Below, piece by piece: positions 1 to 12,777 of a DNA stretch of 64,000 nucleotides; positions within the stretch are counted from its first letter, which is position 1; each line of letters starts with the position of its first letter. Source of the DNA: Mobula hypostoma (lineage: Eukaryota); NCBI RefSeq assembly GCF_963921235.1, contig NC_086109.1, forward strand, positions 17,238,001 through 17,302,000. The letters are read 5' to 3'. A program made the translations under genes and the position numbers. The notes beneath the pieces are model-generated. The model made no database searches. It saw only the letters and a program-made list of their open reading frames with translations, and was not told the origin of the DNA.

Positions 1-1129
1 TTTCAAATTATTTTCAAGTTAGTGATTGAGCTTATTCAAAGTACATTTTTTGGAATAGAAATGCAAGGTCAAGTAGGGTCTAGTGAGTTTAAACAATTAG
101 TTTCAAAGGAGGGGCAAAGAGTCTCTGAAAGATGCAAGTTGAAATTAATTTTGAATTTTTCTGTTGTGAGGTATTATTCTTTGTTTGCAATGTAGTAGTG
201 TAGTCATGTATGCTGTTGCTTAATTCCAGTTGAGCAGACATATGGGTGGGGCAATTGACCACTGTCTCTCTGCCAATTGAATGAAAAATCAAGTCAGGGT
301 TTACAGTATTATGCAGAAAATCCTGTTGGGATGTTGGTTCAAGGATATTGACTGAAGATATAGTAGATCAGAGAGGTTACGTCCACTTACTTAAGTCACA
401 TGTGTAAGATAGACAGTGGGGTTAATTGTCAGATGAAAACCATAATCCCTGGAGAAGAGCCCTCAGCAGAAATTTTTTGCAAGTCCAAGAATCCAATCCA
501 GTTTGTTTTCTCATTTCTTTTGGAATGCAGTTTACTGGTCTTTCAAGTAAAGACCAGTAAAGTTTAAAATCATAACCTATGACTGTGGTTGTGGAAATAA
601 ATGGGTAACATTTCAGTTGTGTGGTTCAGGACTTTGTTTAAGCCTTTTAATGTCATAACTCTTTCCATTCAATTTACTGTAGTTATTGCCCCCTTGTGCT
701 GACAGTATTCATTTATAGCACTTTGCTCGTTTTTATATATAAATGGAGCTCATCACTTGATCTTGATGTTATTTATGTGAAGGCAGTAATATAAAGAAAA
801 TTTATGAGCCATGTTTTTAATTTACATGAATAATACATGCTGGTTTTATGTGTTGCGTTCCAAATTACCTTCACCTCGGTTTTGGAATAGGGTGAAACAG
901 TTGGCTATAGCTGCAAGGGTGGTATCTGAATGTTGAAAAATTGTGGATCTTGCACCTTTCTGTAGAAGTGGTGTGGGGATGAACCAAAATTCGAGAGACC
1001 AATTAAACTAGTGGTGGGGAAAGTTATCTAAATAATTGGAAACTATCACTGGGGCATTTCTGGATTGATAAATGAAAGCTTGGATTGATTTGTTACAGCA
1101 ATTTGTGCCAAACTGAAATGATAGTTTAT

Positions 1130-1700
1130 TTTTAGGTGATGTTACAAGGTGTTGAAATTTTTGGTATACAGTATGTGAATTTCATAAAGGTGTTTGATAA
1201 GGGGCACAAGCTGACCTTGTCATCCAGATTGAAGGCCATGGAATAAAGTGATATGTGGCCGCCTAGGCACGAAGTTTACTGAAGCATCAGGAAACAGAAT
1301 AAACGATTGGTCAGTGAAGTAGTGTCCACAGGGGTCCACACTAGCATCAGTTTTCTTAAACTATATTAATGATTTGGACTTTAGTTTGCAGGGAACAATT
1401 TCTACATTATTTTAGATGACACCAATCTGTAAGCCTAAGAAACTGTAAAGTGGATAGTAATAGAGTTCAAGAAGGCACAGGCAGTCTGGACCATTAACTG
1501 GTGGGTGAAAATTAATGGTGAGAATGTAATTGGTTTCAGTGATGAGAAAAGATCGTTTTAAAAGGAGTTCAACGACGGGATCTGATGTTATGTGTGCATA
1601 GTTTGTTCCAACTAGCAGAATAAGTTCAAAAACATGACTGAGCCTTGTCTTTATAAACAGCAGGACAGAGTAAGGACAGAATAATAAATCTTTCTAAAAT
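1130..1700 (+). mobile_element. Highly degraded CR1-like LINE RT fragment
   Basis: Decayed versions of the VYxDFxKAFDKV motif (gtatgtgaatttcataaaggtgtttgataag, ~1170) and the ADDTK motif (ttagatgacaccaat, ~1412); no intact ORF; boundaries approximate. Confidence 0.55.
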
Positions 1701-2369
1701 ATCTGAAGAACAGCAAGACTTTACAAAGGATGGCATGGTCTGCTGAGAGGATCATCGGGGTCTCTCTGCTACCCATCTGAGATATTTATCAGGAGCTCTG
1801 CATATTCAGGGCCCGTAATATTGTCAAGGATCCGTATGATCTGTCCAACAATCTCTTTAACTTCCTACCATTAAGCAGGAGCTAACAGCATTAGGACAAG
1901 TACTGCTAGGATAGGAACCACCTTCTCCAAGCCTTGAGACTACTGAACTCCTGCCACCACCTAGGTCTTGTTACTGTATGTATGAAATGCTGGTACTGTA
2001 CTGTTATACTGTTTACTTTTTAACTTGTGTCATAAGTGCACCTTATGCTTACTGTCAATCTCCTGGAATTTATTTCTATTTTTATTTGTGGTAATACAGT
2101 AGATTATGGTTAATTGGGACACATTGGGACCAGTACATTGTACCCCAATTTAGTGGCTGCCTCAATTAGCCGAAGTTTCATGGACATAGTTAAAAGGGTA
2201 TTTCTTAAAAAAAGATCATCTACCATTTAACTGATCAGCAAAATACAATATGTATTTAAATGAAATAGAGAACAAATTAATTATACTACTACAATACTAT
2301 AAACCTGTGTATTATTTCCTAATAGTTAACAATGGAGGAATTCATCGGGTGTATACTGCTGTGTTTTTT

Positions 2370-2765
2370 TTTCTCACTTGCTTACTGCCTATTGCACCCG
2401 CTAGTATTTAGGGCAGCAGTGAAGATCCTCCATCTTGGCGGTATTTAGGGCTTCCTTCATTGTAACAGTTGCTTTCTGTCAGTTTTCCCTATTGTTGGAT
2501 GTGCAAGTCCCAGATGGGGAATCAGGAATACTGTCGCACACAGACGTAGAAGGATTCTTCTTTGCCTTTTCCGTAACAGTTTTGTTTGACCAGTCAGGGT
2601 TGTTAGCTCTGACCTGAATCCCTGAATCTGGAGGACCAGAGGGCCACTCTTAGTCTTACCTCTACCCTTTGACATGTTTGGCATGGGTGACCTGACCAAG
2701 AACCTAAGTGTAAAGTCCTGACTCCAGGCAGCGTAGCTCTCTGGGTCATTCAGGCACACAAGCCT
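2370..2765 (-). mobile_element. Short RTE-derived non-autonomous element (5'UTR fused to ORF 3' end)
   Basis: Colinear and similar to the copy at 39835-40242; RTE/BovB-like 5'UTR motifs (AGCTACGC..., GGTCACCCATG on the minus strand). Confidence 0.55.
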
Positions 2766-2954
2766 GGAGGTGTGCTCTTTTGATTAATTGTAAGTGAACA
2801 AAATTAGCGCCGATGCCTAGTGCATATAATGGGCTGCCTTCATACAATGCTTTTGATGATTGCATCTTCCAAATTTTCATTTTCATTGTAACACTCAAGA
2901 TGACTAGATACATTCAAATTCTTCACGGTTCCTAACTTGTTGAAATAGTGAAAT

Positions 2955-3090
2955 CGCAAACAAGAGAAGATCTGCAGGTGCTGAAAATCTGAGCAACACA
3001 CAAACTGCTGAAGGAACTCAGCAGGCCAGGCAGCATCTATGGGGGATAAAAAAGCACAGTCGACATTTCGGGCAGAAATCCTTTGGCAGT
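2955..3090 (-). mobile_element. Degraded Penelope-like pseudo-LTR fragment
   Basis: Similar to 57809-57945 (ctgcaggtgctgaaaatc...gaactcagcaggccaggcagcatctatg...agtcgacatttcggg). Confidence 0.7.
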
Positions 3091-3236
3091 GAAATCATTT
3101 CATTTTCATCTTCATTTTGGCATTTCCAAGCTTGAATGCATAAAGCTGCAGGGAGCAAGACCATCCTGAATTGTCTTACTGCTTATTTCTCGCCAACTGT
3201 CGGTGACCAAAAATCACCTCTTTTTGAACACAAATA

Positions 3237-4144
3237 CAGTCGGTCCTCCTTATCTGCGAGGGATTGGTTCCAGGACCCCTCGCGGATACCAAAAAACGCG
3301 GATGCTCAAGTCCCTTGTTTAACCTGTCTAAATGTGGTGGACCTTAGGACCCAGTGGAAACCCGGACCTTATTTAACTGATCTCCGTACGGTGGACATTA
3401 GGACCCGGCAACAGAGCTCTGAATCCGCAGTGTTTCTGATCATAAAAATAATCACGATTGCGATTTAAAATAAAGTGGAAATAATAAAGCGATTGGAAAG
3501 AGGTGAAATGCCATTGGTCATTGGAAAAGCGTTAGGCTACAGTCGGTCAACGATCGGAACAATTTTAAAGGGTGAAGTGAGAAAAGCCCTGTCCCGATTA
3601 AAGCTACAATTATTACAAAGCAACGCAGTGGTTTAATTATAGAGTTTTGGGGTTTTGGGTTTTTGATCCTTCACATCAACCCGGCAGGGATGGGAACGGT
3701 CTGTCACTGGATTAAACACAGGAATTTCCGTTCCGGAGCCCGGCGCTGAAACATACGTTTCTTAAGTGCTTTATATGCATAGAAAGGTAAAATGTATACT
3801 ATATACTAAGACAAATGTTTGACTAACTGTTGCTAAATAACACTGGATGTACCTGTTCGGACTTACTTAGTAAGAGAACTTCCATTTTTTTTCGATCCCG
3901 ATCCACGATAACCTATGCATATCCTCCTGTATACTTTAAATCATCTCCAGATTACTTATAATACTGAATACAATGTAAATGCTTTGTAAAGTAGTTGTTA
4001 TACTGCATTGTTTAGGGAATAATGACAAGGGAAAAAAGTCTACATGTTCGAACAATAAGTGCTGGAAGACCACTTCCGGGTTTTCTTGATTCGCGGTTGG
4101 TTGAATTCGCGCATGCAGAACCCGTGGATAAGGAGGGCTGAGTG
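3237..4144 (+). mobile_element. Tigger-like element with remnant of the transposase N-terminal HTH (psq/CENP-B type)
   Basis: TIRs CAGTCGGTCCTCCTTATCTGCG ... CGTGGATAAGGAGGGCTGAGTG with TA duplication (3235-3236, 4145-4146). Positions ~3445-3575 translate as KIITIAI*NKVEIIKRLERGEMPLVIGKALGYSRSTIGTILK. Confidence 0.75.
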
Positions 4145-4529
4145 TACATGCGACGGATTTTAAAACTGTTCACTCTAAGCATGGTGTAGTGTCTAATGGC
4201 CACAAAAGTGCATGCGACTGACACTAGTTGGAAACTTTTCGGTGACAGTCTCCTGTTCCAATTAAGTGGCATGGTGTCCCAAATAAATCAAGGGAATCCT
4301 GGCTATTTTTTTGATAAGGTTTTGTTCTTTAAGAGTTTTCCCCAAATGAGCAGCTGCCCTGATTAACTGATGGCCCAGTTATCTGGCATTTACTGTATTA
4401 CTTCGTGTTGTGTGTGAGTTGTTTGTTCTGTGTTGTGCACCTTGTTCTGGGGGAATGTTTTGTTTGACGATATATATGTATATAGTTGAATGACAATGAA
4501 TTTGAAAGCACCCCCCCCTGCCCCCCACA

Positions 4530-4890
4530 ACTGGAGTAGAGTGTCCAATTCTGAGTTTTACTTGTAGGTAAGATGATTCCAGGTGCGAGTTATATGGATA
4601 GACTGGAGAAACTGGAATTGTTTTACCTGAAACATAAAGGGTTGAAAAAAATAGTGATAAAAGTATTTAAAATTGTGAAGAGTTTGGGTAAATTGGATAG
4701 ATTTATCCAGGGTGCAGGTAATTGGCAGAAGAATCAAAAGAGATCTGAGACAAAAGTGTTTTACACACTGAGTATCCAAGGTCTGTATTGAAGTGAAGGT
4801 AGTTGTCGTGTAAAGGGAGTTAGATGTATATCAGAAAGAAAATAATTTTAGTGCTCAGGGCAGAGGAATGAGATGAACTGGATTGTACGT
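4530..4890 (+). mobile_element. Degraded CR1 3' fragment
   Basis: ORF 4573-4791 (MIPGASYMDRLEKLELF...VFKIVKSL) matches the CR1 ORF2 C-terminus seen at 41121 and 60086. Confidence 0.65.
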
Positions 4891-6456
4891 ACTTACATAG
4901 ACATTTTGTAGGCCGGATTGGTTAAATTACATTCATGATCTCTGTTATCCATTATTTGGCCAGCTTTGTATCCTTGCTGTAAATAACCCTGTTATTCCAT
5001 TGGCTTGAATTTGAGTTGAACTCATCAAAAGCCTACTAGAAATTCATAGACATTGTATTATTTAAATCAACTCTGTTTCATCATCAAAGCAATATCAGAT
5101 TAGTTAAAACGATTTGCCAAAACAAATCTGTGCTGCCTTGACTTTATCTATTTTCTTCTGTTTTACTCAAAGGTTTCCCACCAGACTGGGCTGTAGTTGC
5201 TGGGCATATCCTTAATCTGTTTTGAATGAGGGAATAACATTTGTCCTTCAGTGGCGTCATTCCATCCAGAGACCTGGAGAATTATAAATATATCGCCTTT
5301 AATCCTGAGTGGTGCTCAAGTGAAGTGCCTGCTTTGTAAATATTTTACTGTACTTCCTCCACCTGTCATGGTCTCTATATATTGTTCATGTATTTGCCTG
5401 ATTAAGAAGATAGAGTTTTGTTTGCATTCAAAATTTATATTCTAAGTTTAGTTTTGCTCTTGGTTTGTATCTCACCTCCTTTTTACTCCACCTCCAAGCC
5501 CCTGAAATTTTGCAGAGTGGGTGAATCACCAGCTACAAAATCAGTCAGCAAATCAGGCACACACTACATGGATTGGTTTAGGTAATAGGGTTTAATTTAA
5601 GGAAATTGCGGTTTGCTTCAGTAGAAAATATGGTGGTGTGCAGGACTATTTCATGTAGAAAATCTTGTTTTAAAATGTAATGGCAGGGAGGAATCTCGCC
5701 ATTTATTTCAGTTCAAGGGAGAGACATGGAACTGGTAATTAAGGGATGGTGTCTGTAATAAAAACCAAAGTTGGAGCCTTTGCTCTTCTGAGCATTTATT
5801 GTCCATCCTTTGTCTTTGAACTGCAGCTGACTTCTCATGAAAGAAAAGCATCATAAAACAAAAAATTGCAGTGCAAAAAAAGAGGCCATTTAAAACATTC
5901 TGTTCATGCTGCCTAAAATAGAGCGTTTTAATGTTCACCCACTTACAGTCTCATTCTGTTGCCTTGTGTGTTACTGCTCTTCATGTCATGCAGGTACAGT
6001 AATGTTTAAATCGGGTGTGGATTTTTGCTTGAAACTCTTTAAAGCATAAAATGCCTGGTCACTGCAACTGTCCGTGAGGGAACTTTCTCTCTATCTTTTC
6101 TTGTATTTCAAAAGTTTGAAGTAAATTTATTAAAATACACATATGTCACCATCTACAACCATGAAATTCATTTTCTTGTGGGCATATTCAATAAATCCAT
6201 AGAATAATAAGCATAACAAATCAATGAGAAGCTACATCAACCTGGGTGTTGAAACAGAGTGCAGAAGACAACAAATTGTGCAAATACAAAAAGAAAGAAG
6301 TAACAATAATAAATAAAAAGCAATAAATATTGAGAACATGAGATGAAGAGTACTTGTAAATGAGTTCATAGGTTGTGGGAACAGTTCAATGATGGGCAAA
6401 TGAGGTTAGGCGAAGTCATTCCTTTGATTCAAGAGCCGAATGTTTGAGGGGTAATG

Positions 6457-8276
6457 GAGTGGTGCTAGAAAGTTTGAACCCTGTGGAATGTTCTCTGTTT
6501 CTGCATAAATGACTTAAAATGTGATCAGATCTTCACTATGTCCCAAAACTAGATAAAGAGAACCCAATTAAATAAATAAATAAAAACATTATACTTCATT
6601 TATTTATTGAGAAAAATGATCCAATATTACATATATTTCTGGCAAAAGTATGTGAACCTCTGGGGTGATGCCTTTGACAAAAGCTATTTGGAGTCAGGTG
6701 TTTCAATCAATGGAATGAGATTGGGGGTGTGGGTTGTAGAGGTGCCCAGCCTTATGAAAAAGACACACAGTCAGGTTACAGACAGAGCCTTCTCTTCTCA
6801 AGAAAGATCTGTTTATGTACATCATTTCTTGATCAAAACAACTTTCTGAGCAGCTTAGAAGAAGAATTGTAGAGATGCATGAAACTGGAAAAGGCTACAA
6901 AAGCATTTCTAGAGACTTGAGTGTTCATCTGTCCACAGTAAGAAAAATCGTCTACAAATGGAGGAAACTCAGTACTGTTGCATTGTCCCTAGCAGTGGGC
7001 ATCCTGCAAAGATCACAGCAAGAGCACAATGTGCAATGCTAAATGAGGTGAAAGAATATTCAAGGGCAACAGCGAAAGGCCTGCAGAAATCTCTAGAACT
7101 TTAAGTCTCTGTTCATGTGTCCAGTATAAGAAAAACACTAAACAAGAATGGTGTTTATGAAAGGACACCATGGAGGAAAACGCTGCTCTCCAAAAAAAAC
7201 TTGCTGCACATCTGAAGTTTGCAAACGACCACTTGGATGTTCTACAATGCTTCTGGGTTAATGTTTTGTGGACAGATGAGACAAAAGTTGAACTTTCTGA
7301 AATGCACATTGCTATGTTTGGAGGATAAAGGGCACTGCACACCTACACAAACCTAACCCCAACTGTGAATCATGTTGGAAGGAGCGTCATGGTTTGGGGC
7401 TGATTTGCTGCCTCGGGGCTTAGACAGCTTGCAATCCTTGAGGAAACAATGAATTCAAAATTGTATCAATTTGTTTTACAGGAGAGTGTCAGGGTAGCAG
7501 CCTGTCACTTGAAGCTTAACAGGAGTTGGATAATACAACAAGACAATGATCCGAAAGGCGAGAGTAAATCAGAATGGTTTAAAAAGAAGAAAATTCATGT
7601 TTTGGATTGGCCGTGTCAAAGTCCTGACCTTAATCCTATAGAAATGTTGTGGAAGTACCTGAATCAAGGAGTTCATGCAGGGAAGCTCACTAACATCGCA
7701 GAGTTGAAGCGATTTTGTAAGGAGGCCTAAAAATTCCTCCAAGCAGAATTGATCAACAGAGACCGGAAATGTTTGAGGTTTTTGCTGTACAAGAGTGTCA
7801 CGCCAGGTACTGAAAGCAAAGGTTTACATTTTCTGACAAATAGTCATAGTAGTCGTAGTCATACTTTATTGATCCCGGGGGAAATTGGTTTTTGTTACAG
7901 TTGCACCATAAATAATTGAATAGTAATAAAACCATAAATAGTTAAATAGTAATATGTAAATTATGCCAGGAAATAAGTCCAGGACCAGCCTATTGGCTCA
8001 GGGTGTCTGACCCTCCAAGGGAGGAGTTGTAAAGTCTGATGGCCACAGGCAGGAATGACTTCCTATGACGCTTTGTGTTGCATCTTGGTGGAATGATACA
8101 ATAAATGTAGTATTGTGTCATTTTTCTCAAATAAATGAACAAGTGTAATGTTTGTGTTATTTATTTAATTGGGTTCTCTTTATCTAGTTTTAGGACAAAT
8201 GTAATCACATTTTAGGTCATATTTATGCAGAAATGGAGAACATTTTACAGGGTTCACAAACTTTATAGCACCACTG
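6457..8276 (+). mobile_element. Tc1-like DNA transposon with long (~200 bp) IR/DR-type TIRs and decayed DD34E transposase
   Basis: TIR (C)AGTGGTGCTAGAAAGTTTG... / ...CAAACTTTATAGCACCACTG followed by TA. Transposase remnants at ~6830-7730: QLRRRIVEMHETGKGYKSISRDLSVH, WTDETK, QQDNDPK, DWPCQSPDLNPIEMLW; multiple stops and frameshifts. Confidence 0.9.
7841..8095 (-). mobile_element. 5'-truncated LINE 3' end with (CTATGA)n-like tail, inserted in the right Tc1 TIR
   Basis: tagtcatagtagtcgtagtcatactttattgatcccgggggaaatt is the reverse complement of AATAAA plus a short tandem tail. Minus-strand translation gives RVIGSHSCLWPSDF-type ORF-end text. The TIR sequence resumes after ~8095. Confidence 0.75.
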
Positions 8277-8989
8277 TAACTGTCCCTGAACCTGATGGTG
8301 TGAGTCCTGAGGGTCCTGTACCGTCCTGATAGCTGTAGTGAGAAGAGAGCATGTTCTGGGCGGTTCGGGTCCCTGATGATGGATGCTGCTTTCCTGTGTT
8401 TTATGTAGATGTGCTCAATGGTGGGGAGGGTTTTACCTATCTGGGACTGGGCTGTATCTGTTACTTTTTGTAAGATTTTCCATTCAAGGGCATTGGTTTT
8501 TCCATACCAGGCTGTGTTACAGCCGATCAATGTACTCTCCACTACACATCTAGAGAAGCCTGTCAAAGTGTTAGATGTCATGCTGAATCTTCACAAGTTC
8601 CTGAGGCAGTGGAGGTGCTGCTGTGCTTTCTTTGTAATTGCACGCGTGCTGGGCTCAGGACATAATGACACTGAGGAATTTAAGATTGCTGGCCCTCTCC
8701 ACCTCTGATCCTCTGAGAACTACCTTACGGACCTCCTGGTTTCCTTCTCCTGAAGTCAATTAACTTAAATTTATGTCCTCTGATTTTAAAAACATCATAT
8801 TTTAGATTTCTTATACTTCCAAATTTAACTTTGAAATTTAAAAAATCTTTTTTGATCTCTTCTCTTTCTTCACCTTCAATTTACCTCTTCTCTAGACAGA
8901 TATGCTGCAATTAATAAACTTTCTGCATCTCCATGTGGTATTAAGAGAATTGAGGGATATTGGTATGGTGCAGGAAAAGATAGCTTATA

Positions 8990-9350
8990 TGCATTTATTG
9001 ATTGTCTGTCCATAAAGTGATGCACGGCATAGGAGTCTCTGCACTTAAGGTGGTAGACAGAAAATTATATAATAGTGGTGGTTGGGGGTGTGGAGGAGTG
9101 GGTTAGTGGGTTAAGGTGTTGATGAGCTTTGCTGCTTGGTGAAAGCAACTATTTTTGAGTTTGGTGGTCCTTGCGTGGATGCAATATAGCCTCCTCCCTG
9201 ATGGGAGTAGGACAAATAGCCCGTGAGCAGGATTGGTGGGATCCTTCATCATGTTACTGACTCTTTTCTGGCACTTTTCTGTTTTTTTTTGTCGTTGATG
9301 TCAGGTAGGCTGATTCTGGTGATGTGTTGGGCAGTTTTGACTACTGATTG
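8990..9350 (-). mobile_element. Degraded Rex1/L2-like LINE 3' fragment
   Basis: Minus strand gives KDPTNPAHGLFVLLPSGRRLY..RTTKLKNSCF-like text. Confidence 0.6.
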
Positions 9351-9703
9351 TGAAGAATGGCACAGAGGTATTAGATCTTGATGAATCATGGAGTTAACGA
9401 AACAATCCACTTGTACTTTTTAATTTCTTCTGTTCTTTGACCCAACACCAATATCACCTGTGGCATTCAATCATTCTTGACCACCACTATATTGTACATG
9501 TTCCCTTTTTTGTTTTTTTCCCCTTTCTCTATAATCTAAAACAGGTTTGTTTTCTTGTTCTGGTGAAAGGTCACACATCTGAAACATTCATTCTGTTTCT
9601 TTACAGATGCTGTGAAACTTGCTGACTATAATCAGAAGATTTTATTTCAGACATTCTGCTTGTAGAGATAAAAACGGAAATGCTTGAATCACAGTCAGTC
9701 AGA

Positions 9704-9973
9704 TAGACATCCCACCTCTCCCGGAACTTCCGGGAGTTTCCCGCATATTAATAGTGGCTCCCTGATGCCCGCAAATTATATACAATATCACGGAAATCAG
9801 TTTTTTTGAGAGCGAGCGAGAGAAAAGCAAGAGAGAGCGCGAGAGCGACCACGAGAGAGAGCGAGAAAGCAAGAGAAAGCGCGCCAGCGAGAGCGAAGGC
9901 AAGCGAGCCAGAGAGGGAGAGAGAGCGAGCGCGAGAGAAAACAAGAGAGAGCACTTGAGAGCGCACGAGCGAC

Positions 9974-10009
<36 letters not shown>

Positions 10010-10465
10010 CCATTGCACAGTGTTCCAAAACAAAACGTACGTCACCCCAGACTACACTGAAGTGTACCCCTGCCTAATAGGGGTCAACAATAATGACAGT
10101 GTTGCTCGCTGCACTGTTTGCAACAGTGACTTTTCTATTGCCCATGGTGGGTTAAGACTGTAAAAGACATGTTGAGGTGAGTTTAACAGCTGTCATTCAT
10201 TCATTAGCATAGCTAATGTTATTTAAACTAGCTGGCTAGCTGTTAAGGAGACATAGCTATTGTAGACATCCCACCTCTCCCAGAAGTTCTGGGAGTCTCC
10301 CGCAAATTGATGGTGCTACCTCCCTGAAATGAGTTTTTGCAGGGTGGGATGTCTGTGTCATGGAAATCAATTTTTTTGAGAGCGAGCGAGAGAAAGCAAG
10401 AGAAAGCACGAGAGTGACTATGAGAGAGAGAGTGCGCATGAGAGAGCGAGCGTGAGAGCGACCAC

Positions 10466-10497
<32 letters not shown>

Positions 10498-10889
10498 AAG
10501 AGAGAGAGAGATAGAGAGGGAGAACAAGCGAGCGACAACGCGCCATGGTAGAGAGTTCCAAAAAAAGAAAATATAAAACGTACGTCACCCCCAGACTACC
10601 CTAAAGTGTACCCCTGCCTAATAGGGGTAAAAAATAATGACAGTGTTGCTCGCTGTGCTGTTTGCAACAGTGACTTTTCTATTGCCCATGGTGGGTTAAG
10701 ACTGTAAAAGACATGTTGAGGTGAGTTTAACAGGTGTCATTCGTTCATTAGCATAGCTAACGTTATTTAAACTAGCTGGCTAGCTGCTAAGGAGCTACTG
10801 TATTGCAGACATCCCACCTCTCCCGGAAGCCTCCCGCAAATTGATGGTGCTACCTCCCTGAAATGAGTTTTTGCAGGGTGGGATGTCTG
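9704..10889 (+). mobile_element. Non-autonomous hAT-like transposon, partial tandem dimer, with GA-rich microsatellite and zinc-finger exon remnant
   Basis: TIRs TAGACATCCCACC ... GGTGGGATGTCTG, with an internal right TIR ending at 10355. GTCAGA flanks both ends (9698-9703, 10890-10895). Each unit encodes ARC(T/A)VCNSDFSIAHGG...CKRHVE followed by GTGAG. Confidence 0.8.
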
Positions 10890-12777
10890 GTCAGAGATCC
10901 ATCAGCTGCCCAGGTGCTTTGTACCAGAAAAGTTAACTTTGTTTCTCTGCAGATGCTACCTGACCAACTGAGTATTTCCAGCATTTTCTAGTTTTATTTT
11001 TGTTTCTCTGCTTAATATCCTTTTGAGAAGAAGAAACTACTGTTGATAGTTATCCTTTCCTTTTTCTCACTTAGCTTGGTTCTTTGATTTGATCACAACT
11101 TTACCCTGGATATGATGGGCTGTTACTTTCTTGATCAGTTTTCCACTTTGGACTTGTCAAATGCTTTACAAAATCCTTACCATGCTGTGTTTTAACATTT
11201 AGTCAGCTTTTCATTTCCCTTTAAGTGCTGGCTTGCATGGTCTCTCATTTTTTTTCTTAGCATGCCCTCTTGTAATGTTTCATTGATTGGCTATTACTGT
11301 TTTTTGTTTCTGAGCAGTGTCACATTAATGCTGTTCTAGTTCCTCTGTCCCATACCTATTGCCAAGAGAATTGGAAAGTGACAGGCATAGCCTGCATTAT
11401 TTTCTTCTTGTTAAGAGGGTGGGATACATTTTATCTTGGCCTGGTGACTTAATCATTGCTTGAGCTAGACTTTGTATGTACTCTTTCTCTCTGTTATTAT
11501 TATATTACCACATTCTTTGTCTTAGCAATGTTTTTATCAAACACTTCTTCTGTGAAGCTATCTGGTTTATATTTATTTAAGACTACATATGTCTTCACTT
11601 CTGAAATTAGGCTACTGTTTAGAATCTGTTCTTTATTGTCTTGGGCAATCATTCTTGGCTCACTTTTGGACTGCTGGAAGTTGTGTCTTTGGTTTGGATC
11701 GAAACAGCAATGAGGGATGCTGCTGAGAGTTCCTAGTTTAATGTCAGCTTACCACTAAGGAATATTGGTGGTTACATTGATGGTTTGCATCAATTGTTAC
11801 CACTGTGTTGAGACCACAGTCATCAATGCTTCTGTTACTCTGTTGGTTCAAAGTGCACAGATGGGGCAGTTATTGGCCTGATTTATCTTGCTTTTGTGAA
11901 CTGGACTGAACTTGGCAAGTCTACACTTTGTTTGGGAGATGCCAGTCTTAGATCTAGCTTCTACAAGGCCATATACTTGCACAGATGCAAAGGTATTTGT
12001 TAAGTGTGAACAATTGACTTCAAATGACAGCTATTTGTCTAGTCCGGATGATGTGCCTTCCAGTTAGTCATATGATCGTTCTCTATTGTGATTTGTCTTG
12101 CTGATACACTTTTTGTATCATGGTGATAAGATTCCTTTTGAGTAATTTTGCTCCTCTTTCCTCATCTTGCTGACTCATCTTGAACCAGGCTCATTGCACC
12201 TGGACTTCATCCGTCTGTTTCAAAAGGAATTATGATTTATTGTTTTCTGATTCTGAGCTCAGTTGTGCAGAACAAATGATGTGTTGGTGCTGAGGGTGAG
12301 GTGTGTGGATTGTGGAATACAGTACTTGAAGCTTCCCTCTTTTCCCACAAGAAGTTAAAAATTAGATTAATATTGATTTTTTTTTAATGCTGTTGGTCAA
12401 GGCATGACCTGGTGTGATGGGCATAATACTGAAGGCAACTGCTTGTCTTTGGATGGTATAGGAAAGAGGAAAGATTTTAAAAAAACAATAAATGCTTCCC
12501 CCTTGCTCTTGCTTAATGTTTGCCTATGTTGTGTCTTAGTAATATGTAAAGCCTGGAGGCCCACATGATTAATTTCCTGTTGTTCTGACCTGATATAATT
12601 ATAAGCTGCAGTTACTCAAACGTTCAGCTGACCTGTGTTTTTACATATTTTGAAAAGAAAGTCAGCATTGCATCAGCCCTCCATCACATCTTTGAGTGTT
12701 GTGCCTGTTGAAACCAATCCCACTTAACTACATTGATGTAATAATTCTCTGCCTTACTCATTCAAGCATCTGAATTT

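Larger units (their letters stand above)
2097..4395. mobile_element. Non-autonomous TcMar (Tigger/pogo-like) DNA transposon, host to three nested insertions
   Basis: Imperfect terminal inverted repeats (TIRs) CAGTAGATTATGGTTAATTGGG ... CCCAGTTATCTGGCATTTACTG, flanked by TA at 2095-2096 and 4396-4397. Confidence 0.65.
1705..4507 (+). mobile_element. Degraded Rex1/Babar- or L2-like LINE 3' fragment, split by a DNA transposon at 2097-4395
   Basis: Resembles the ORF ends of the other Rex-like copies in the window (AERIIG..., PSGRR-like). The 3'UTR reads continuously across the insertion (tttgtggtaaTA | ttacttcgtgttg). Confidence 0.5.
6105..8760 (-). mobile_element. Rex1/Babar-like LINE 3' fragment interrupted by a Tc1 element
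   Basis: ORF 8180-8581 contains VVESTLIGCNTAWYG...KAASIIRDPNRPEHALFSL...SGR; its 3'UTR lies at 6105-6455, on the other side of the Tc1. Confidence 0.7.

Noticed and set aside
9699..10538. Several S/L/R-rich ORFs on the minus strand
   Set aside because: They are translations of GA microsatellite inside a transposon, not genes.
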